A DNA stretch of 64,000 nucleotides from Lysobacterales bacterium. Its GTDB lineage: Bacteria; Pseudomonadota; Gammaproteobacteria; Xanthomonadales; SZUA-5. The notes under the pieces were generated by a model. It had not been told where the DNA came from, ran no database searches, and saw only the letters and a list, made by a program, of their open reading frames with translations. The translations under genes were made by a program, and so were the position numbers. Each line of letters opens with the position of its first letter. Position 1 is the stretch's first letter. This document shows, in pieces, positions 58,252 through 64,000 of the stretch. The stretch lies in NCBI GenBank assembly GCA_022844165.1, contig JALHMH010000004.1, positions 128,001 to 192,000 of the forward strand, written 5' to 3'.

Positions 58252-60645
58252 ATGGAACATTGGCTGCGCGACCTTCAGCAGGCGGCATCCACCCTGCTCC
58301 GGCGGCGCGGGTTCGCCGCGCTCACCGTCCTGGTGATGGCGCTGGGCCTGGGTGCGAGCACCGCGATGTTCAGCGTGGTCCACGGCGTGCTGTTCCGGCC
58401 ACTGCCGCTGCCCGCGCCGGAGCGGCTGATCGACGTCGGCTGGACCTGGCAGGAGTGGCGCGTCGGCATGGATGATGCGCAGTTCCGGGCGTTCGCCGAG
58501 GGTGCCAGCGAATTCTCCGGCATCGCAGCGCGCACGCGGGCGACCTACACTTTGTCGGCCGCCTCCGGCAGCGAGCGCCTGGCCGCACTACATGTGTCCG
58601 CAGGTTACTTCGATGTTCTCGGTGCCGGCCCGGTCGTGGGCCGCGGCATCGGCACCGCCGAGGATCGCGCCGGCGCAGAGCGAGTGGTTGTGGTCAGCCG
58701 GTCGCTGGCTCATCGGCTGTTCGGCGGCAGCGATGATCTGGCGGGTCGCACCATTTCGCTCGACGGCCAGCTGCACTCGCTGATCGGCATACTCCCGGCC
58801 GGATTCGCTGACAGTTCCGGTGTCGATCTATACCTGCCGCTTGCGCCGGTGGCGCCCAGCATCGGCCAGGGAACCAATTATCAGGTGCTCGCGCGACTGG
58901 CGCAGGACAGCACGTTGCCGGAGGCGCAGCAGGCCTTCGAAGCGCTGGCCGCCCGCCTGTGGCCGGAACGCGCGGCGTCGCGGTTGAGCATCGAACTGAT
59001 GCCCTACGGGGCGGTGATGGTGCGCGAGGCGCGCGCGCCGCTGACCCTGCTGTCCTTCGCCATCGCTCTGGTGCTGGCGGTCGCCTGCGCCAATGTCGCC
59101 AACCTGCTGACCGTACGCGCCGCAGACCGGCGGCGTGAGATCGCGCTTCGCAGCGTGCTGGGCGCCTCCAGCGCTCGCGTGCAGCGGCTGCTGCTCGCCG
59201 AAGGGTTGGCGATTGCCGGGGTAGGTTGCCTGGTAGGCCTGGGCATCGCCCACCTGATGGTCGAGGCGCTGCTCAGGCTGCGCCCCGAGGGTTTGCCACG
59301 CGCCGAAGCTGTCGCCGTCGACTTGCGCGCCTACGGCTTCTCGGTGCTGCTGGCGCTCGCCCTCGGCGCGCTCACGTCCTTGCCCGCAATGTTGCAGTCT
59401 CGTCGCGCCAACGTCGGCGCGCAGCTCAAGTCAGGCGCGACGGGTGCGGCCGCCGGCGGTGGCGAGCGTCTGCGCGGCGCACTGGTCGTGGGCCAGGTGG
59501 CGTTGGCCATGGTGGTCTCGGTGGGCGCCGGGCTTCTGGCCAGCACCTTCGATCATCTGATCGACGTCGACCCGGGATTCGATCCTGCCGGCAAGGTTGC
59601 GGCGCAATTTTGGACCAGCGGCACCCGGCATCGCAGCAGTGCGGAGATCGCCGCAGTCGCCGATGCGCTGCGCGCACGCACCCAGGCGCTGCCGGGTGCG
59701 CGATCGGCCGCGGTAGTCGCGGCCGGACTGCCTCTGGAACGTGGCGGCAATTTTGGCGTGAGTGCGAGCGGGCCCGACCCCGACAGCTTCGTGTCGACGG
59801 ACTTTCGCGCGATCAGCCCGGGCTTCTTCGCCACCCTCGGCGCACCGCTGCTGCGTGGTCGCGAGTTCGACGATCGCGACGGCGCCACTTCCGGCCGCGT
59901 CGTCATCGTCAACCAAGCCTTCGTCCGCGCACATCTGGCCAACCATGATCCGCTCGGCCACATCCTGCATGCCGCCGACGATCGCTGGGAGATCATCGCA
60001 GTCGCCGGCGACCTGCGCTCGTCGCCATCGGAAGATGTCCCCCCGACGGTGTATCTGCCGATCGCGCAGACGCCGGTCGACACACTGCAGATCTTCGAGG
60101 GCTGGTTCCCGATGAACCTCGTGGTGGCTGGCAGTGGACCGGAAGGCGCGTTGACCGAGGGTATTACACAGGTGTTCCGCGACGTCGATGCCGAACTGCC
60201 GCTCGGGCGCACGCTGCCGATGGCTGTGGTGCATGCTCAGTCGGTCGCCGAGCAGCGCTTCCGCATGCAGCTGATGCTGGCCTTTGCGGGGTTCGCACTG
60301 TTGCTGGCGGCGATCGGTATCTACGGCGTTCTCAGCCACATAGTTGGACGTCGCGTTCGCGAGATCGGCATCGAGCTGGCGCTGGGCGCGCACCCCGGAC
60401 GCCTCGTCGCTAGGCTGCTGGCGAAGGGACTACGGCCGGTGCTGATCGGTCTGGCGCTCGGCCTCGGCGCGGCGCTATATCTGTCGCGCTTCCTTGAAGG
60501 CTTCCTGTTCGGAGTGGCGCCGCTGAGTGCACCGGTATATCTGGGCGTGGCAGTCGTCCTTGCGGCGTCTGCCGGCCTCGCGGCGCTGCTGCCCGCGCTG
60601 CGCGCGGCACGGGTCGCACCGATGGTGGCGCTGCGCCAGGAGTAG
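58252..60645 (+). CDS. Duplicated MacB/FtsX-type ABC permease (ADOP-like)
   Basis: DL..A...L.RR.GF, LG.GA.TA.FSVV..VL.RPLP, ACANVANLL, R.REIG...ALGA, P.VALR.E; no ATPase adjacent. Confidence 0.9.
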   Translation: MEHWLRDLQQAASTLLRRRGFAALTVLVMALGLGASTAMFSVVHGVLFRPLPLPAPERLIDVGWTWQEWRVGMDDAQFRAFAEGASEFSGIAARTRATYTLSAASGSERLAALHVSAGYFDVLGAGPVVGRGIGTAEDRAGAERVVVVSRSLAHRLFGGSDDLAGRTISLDGQLHSLIGILPAGFADSSGVDLYLPLAPVAPSIGQGTNYQVLARLAQDSTLPEAQQAFEALAARLWPERAASRLSIELMPYGAVMVREARAPLTLLSFAIALVLAVACANVANLLTVRAADRRREIALRSVLGASSARVQRLLLAEGLAIAGVGCLVGLGIAHLMVEALLRLRPEGLPRAEAVAVDLRAYGFSVLLALALGALTSLPAMLQSRRANVGAQLKSGATGAAAGGGERLRGALVVGQVALAMVVSVGAGLLASTFDHLIDVDPGFDPAGKVAAQFWTSGTRHRSSAEIAAVADALRARTQALPGARSAAVVAAGLPLERGGNFGVSASGPDPDSFVSTDFRAISPGFFATLGAPLLRGREFDDRDGATSGRVVIVNQAFVRAHLANHDPLGHILHAADDRWEIIAVAGDLRSSPSEDVPPTVYLPIAQTPVDTLQIFEGWFPMNLVVAGSGPEGALTEGITQVFRDVDAELPLGRTLPMAVVHAQSVAEQRFRMQLMLAFAGFALLLAAIGIYGVLSHIVGRRVREIGIELALGAHPGRLVARLLAKGLRPVLIGLALGLGAALYLSRFLEGFLFGVAPLSAPVYLGVAVVLAASAGLAALLPALRAARVAPMVALRQE

Positions 60646-60739
60646 CGCCACCGCGCGGCTCACCCAGTCTGCCTATGCCGAGCGCAGCCTGCTGCGCTGC
60701 GCGAAGCGCCCCGCCGATCAAGCCGGTGCTTCGGGCGTC

Positions 60740-60905
60740 GGCGCCCACTCTTGTTGCACTGCCGGCAACAGGCTTCTGGGCGTTGCGCGTCGAGAACCAG
60801 AATGTCCGCCCGGGCGTGATCGGGTTCTACGGCGGCGCCTATTCGCATCGTGCCACGCGCGCGTGTTACAAAGGTCAGTTCGGCGCCTCGCCGCTGTGTG
60901 ACTGA
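60740..60905 (+). pseudogene. Orphan C-terminal fragment of a cell-surface protein
   Basis: LPATGFWA..V.N.N...G....YGG.Y.HR..R resembles, from memory, the C-terminus of Xanthomonadales surface proteins; no convincing start. Confidence 0.35.
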
Positions 60906-61085
60906 GTCTGGTGTTGCAAGAAGTCCATCGACCACACCTCGCAGATTGCCCCAGCTCCACGAGCGCCGCTGGCGTCTCGCGAGCCAAGCGCAATCGCGGC
61001 TTGATTCGCGGCGCTTGGCCTGGTGACGATAGCCAGACTGACTGACACCCGTGAACGGCTGATGGGCGCCTTTTTTGGCGTCAGC
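60906..61085 (-). mobile_element. Degenerate IS3-family transposase remnant
   Basis: Minus strand 60920-60940 encodes EVWSMDF (start of the IS3 rve core); another frame just upstream gives GVSQSGYRHQAKR, like the OrfB N-terminus. Internally deleted. Confidence 0.55.
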
Positions 61086-61093
61086 AGCGACCT

Positions 61094-61628
61094 TGCCCAC
61101 GGTGCTCATCAGCGCGCGGCGCGCTGCTGCCGGGTATGACAGCCGGCAAATGACCTATGTGCGCCAGGACTATCGCCTCCAATACTTCGCAGACAGCCAG
61201 TGGGTAGACACGCCAGCGCGCATGTTTGCACCCCTGATGGTGACCCACCTTGCCGCTGCCGGCGCATTTCAGGCGGTCTACACCGGCGCCAGCGCGGCGG
61301 CAGATCTGCGCCTGGATACCGAGATCGTTGTGCTCAAGCAGGACTTCCTCACGACGCCGAGCCGGGTTCGTTTCGTGTTGCGCGCTCACTTGATCGACGG
61401 GGTAAGCCGACGCGTGATCGCCGCACGCGATATTGAGGCCACCGTGGCGAGCGCCAGCGAAGACCCCTATGGTGGCGTGGTCGCTGCCAACGGCGCTGTT
61501 GGCAAGGTGCTGAGTCAGTTGAGCGAGTTCTGTGCTGAGGGCATTGAGGCGTGGCAAAAGCGCTCATCGACGCCCTGATGCTATAAACGGTCTGTGACCC
61601 TGAGGCAATTGCGCGGGAGATCCATTGG
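61094..61628 (+). pseudogene. 5'-truncated duplicate of the PqiC-like lipoprotein gene plus downstream flank (copy of 55621-56154)
   Basis: 487 bp near-identical (4 mismatches seen: P>R, I>T, 2 silent), then about 45 bp of diverged but alignable flank. Confidence 0.9.
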
Positions 61629-61743
61629 CGCAACCACTGCTAACGCTAAATGCACCGACACGCTAACGCAATCAACGCCAAGCCGACGGGTCGCTCTTCG
61701 CGACCCGTCGGCGAGTTTGCCGCCAAGGTCGCGCCGGCAGTGC

Positions 61744-62002
61744 TCAAACGTATTCGACAACCAAATCGTTCTGTACGTTCCAAACACCAACTGCGCTCCA
61801 GGCGGTGCGTTCGGCCTCGGTTTTCTGGTACCAGGAGTCTACCGTCCCGGTCAGCGTGGCCGTATGGCCCGTGACGCTCACTCGAATATCGTCGTCGTCA
61901 AGAGACCAATTGCGCTTCAGGGCGCTTTCGATATCCGACTTCTCGATGGCGGCTTCGGTTTCCGATTTGATCTTGATGTTGTTCGTGACGCCCATCACAC
62001 CA
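61744..62002 (-). pseudogene. C-terminal BON (OsmY-like) domain fragment
   Basis: GV.GVTNNI.IK, IESALKRN, V.V.G..ATLTGTVDSW.QK.EAER.AWSA.GV..V.N.L; no native N-terminus. Confidence 0.7.
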
Positions 62003-62059
62003 GCCTTCGCGCATGAAGCGCATAGCCAGTATCCACTCGAAGGGCAGAAATGGATTCAC
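62003..62059 (-). pseudogene. First ~19 codons of a truncated FtsX-like ABC permease
   Basis: GTG overlaps the MFP TGA; (M)NPFLPFEWILAMRFMREG then switches abruptly into BON-coding sequence. Confidence 0.55.
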
Positions 62060-63669
62060 GGCGCTTCCGCGACCGGCCGCGCGCGCACCTTCGCGCCTTC
62101 CAAGACGAGGGCACTGGTTGGAATCAGCGCTTCTCCCACCGCCAGCCCACTCAGCACCTGCGTGTTCTCGTCGCCCAATAAGCCGATCTCCACAGCTTGC
62201 CGCACCGCGCGACGATCGCGCACCACCAGCACCCACGCGTTGCTCTTGTCGATATCGCGAATCGCACCGCTTGGAACCACGAGCGCATCGACAGCCCGCG
62301 CCGTATCGATATCCACGGAGACCGTCATGTCCTGGCGCAGATAGGGCGGCGGCTCGGGTACGCGAAGCTTGATCAACACCGCACCGCGGCTGGCATCTAC
62401 CGCTGGATTGATGAACGCCACTTCGGCGGCGAAGCGCTCGTTTGCGTAAGCATCGGCTGAGGCCAGCGCCTTTTGTCCCAGCGCCAGCTTGCGCAGGTTC
62501 TTCTCATCGAGCTGCACTTCGATTTCAGTTTGCCCGGCGCCTGCCAAGTCCATCAGCACCTGCCCGATCAGCACCACATCGCCGGGCTCCACCGCGCGGC
62601 TGATCAGAATGCCCGCGGCAGGCGCTACGATCAGCTGCTGCGCCAGTTTCAGCTGCGCGAAGCTCAGCGCCGCAGTTGCCTGCGCGACGGCGGCTTCAGC
62701 CAGCGCTGTCGCGCTGCCGTTGGGCTGGCGGGCCAATACCTGCAAGTTGGCCGAACCGCGTTGACTTTGTGCCACATCCAGGTCGCGTTGCGCGGCGTCG
62801 AGCGCCGCCTGCGCCACAAAGCCGCGCGCCTGCAACTCGCGATTGCGCGCCAGTTGCTTGCCTGCCTGGCGCACATTGGCATCGGTCTCGCGCAGACTTT
62901 GCTCCGCAGCGTGCAATTCGACCTCGCGCAATGCGCTGAGCCGAGCGTTCGCCTGCGCCAGTGCCGCCAGAGCCTGCGCGACATTCGCACGCTCGTCGCT
63001 GTCGTCCAATGCCACCAGAACCTGCTCGCGCTGCACGCTGGCACCCTCTGCGACGGCGACTGAGCGCACCCGCCCGGCCGAGCGTGCGGCGATGGCAACA
63101 CGCTGCGGCGTGATGATGCGCCCGCTTGCGACCACCGTCTGGCGCAAGTTGCCAACATGGACCGCATAAGTATCGACTGGCGTGCCGAAAACCACGTTGC
63201 GCAGCAGCCAGGCCAGCAGCAGCAATGCAAGCACGACGCCAATCGCCAGCACGCGCCAGAAACTGCGTTGGTTTTTCGCCGGCCCGCCTGGAGCAGGCTT
63301 GCTCTTCTCCGCGCCAGCGAGAGACCGGGCGCTGCCTTCGCCCTGCTCGACTTTAGCCGGATCCTGCCGATCGCCGCTGGCAGCGTCCAGCGCCACGGCT
63401 TTCGTATCCGTGCCCGTTGCGGCTGCCGCCGCAGCCTGAGTGTCGATGCTCGAAATACTCGCCGCGGGCGCCGGCGCAGCGGTTGGCGAAATCGTTTGCA
63501 AGAGGCGTCTGCTGAAGGGTCTGCTCGAACGCCAGCGTGAACCATCGATCTGGAGCATTCGGTACGTTACCGCACCGATTGGGTTAAGCGCGCCAACGTA
63601 CGGTGAGGGCTCCAATACCGGCGCAAGATTTGCCAGGCTCACACTTTCGAATCTGCGCCACCAGTACAC
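62056..63669 (-). CDS. MacA/HlyD-like efflux periplasmic adaptor (true start uncertain, probably well inside the ORF)
   Basis: TM, L.QTVVASGR, V.EG..V, long helical hairpin, AP..G....R.VEPGDVV, YLRQDMTVSV.I. Confidence 0.82.
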   Translation of the reverse strand: MYWWRRFESVSLANLAPVLEPSPYVGALNPIGAVTYRMLQIDGSRWRSSRPFSRRLLQTISPTAAPAPAASISSIDTQAAAAAATGTDTKAVALDAASGDRQDPAKVEQGEGSARSLAGAEKSKPAPGGPAKNQRSFWRVLAIGVVLALLLLAWLLRNVVFGTPVDTYAVHVGNLRQTVVASGRIITPQRVAIAARSAGRVRSVAVAEGASVQREQVLVALDDSDERANVAQALAALAQANARLSALREVELHAAEQSLRETDANVRQAGKQLARNRELQARGFVAQAALDAAQRDLDVAQSQRGSANLQVLARQPNGSATALAEAAVAQATAALSFAQLKLAQQLIVAPAAGILISRAVEPGDVVLIGQVLMDLAGAGQTEIEVQLDEKNLRKLALGQKALASADAYANERFAAEVAFINPAVDASRGAVLIKLRVPEPPPYLRQDMTVSVDIDTARAVDALVVPSGAIRDIDKSNAWVLVVRDRRAVRQAVEIGLLGDENTQVLSGLAVGEALIPTSALVLEGAKVRARPVAEAP

Positions 63670-63759
63670 CGACAGAGGCCCCCCGCCGCTGCGCGCGTGG
63701 CGGTGTCACGCAGTGCCGCAGGCACCACGTCGGTGTCTGCGGCGGATGGGTGGAGCGAT

Positions 63760-64000
63760 TCAACCAAAGTTTGTGCTGAAGATTGCGGACACGGCACTGG
63801 GCGCGGCGCGAAACTTGAATGCGCCAATGTCCGGCGTTTGCCCCGTGCGCAGACAGCAACGATGGTCATCGACTGGCGCTGCAGCCGTAGCTGCGTTCAA
63901 CAAAGGGGAACCAGGCACCGGCATTGGATCGAAAGCGCCCATCGCGCCGTTCGATATCAGGTGGGCGGGTCCAGGCACAGACTGCCGTTGGGGCATGCCC
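63760..64000 (-). CDS. C-terminal end of a choice-of-anchor-Q-like secreted protein (cut by the window edge, possibly degenerate)
   Basis: PVPGSPLLNA...DHR...R....PDIGAF and IFSTNFG (IF.DGFE-like) ending. Confidence 0.45.
   Translation of the reverse strand, partial: GMPQRQSVPGPAHLISNGAMGAFDPMPVPGSPLLNAATAAAPVDDHRCCLRTGQTPDIGAFKFRAAPSAVSAIFSTNFG

Overview
GC-rich gammaproteobacterial DNA, most likely Xanthomonadales/Lysobacterales (inferred from the ndk-rlmN-pilW-rodZ-yfgM-bamB-der-moeA-moeB block lacking ispG/hisS and from the secreted-protein types). 1-46 kb is mostly intact genes: two divergent large secreted proteins sharing an uncharacterised GLW(Y/F)xP..G(W/H)G..WYTY C-terminal domain, the housekeeping operon, hutG and a dadA-like gene, an MNIO (DUF692) RiPP cluster with a 9x EGKCG precursor, ppsR, a racemase, a 4-repeat SUEL-lectin-like protein, an ECF sigma/Ser-Thr kinase pair, a BNR glycosyl hydrolase, an RND pump, tandem ankyrin proteins and an ion/lactate transport block. 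47-56 kb is a stress-type cluster (2 CsbD, YqjDEK-like, entericidin, MCE/Mla-type ABC system) that contains a Gram-negative sortase next to an LPNTA substrate; several of its promoters share a palindrome. 56-64 kb is a mosaic of intact cargo genes and gene fragments, with two interleaved near-identical duplications (303 bp and ~490-530 bp). Their junctions coincide with the ends of a 3-copy non-coding multi-hairpin element that shows covarying stems and C(GNA)G loops. No rRNA, tRNA, CRISPR array or intact transposase/integrase was seen. All calls are by eye from motifs; no database searches were run.
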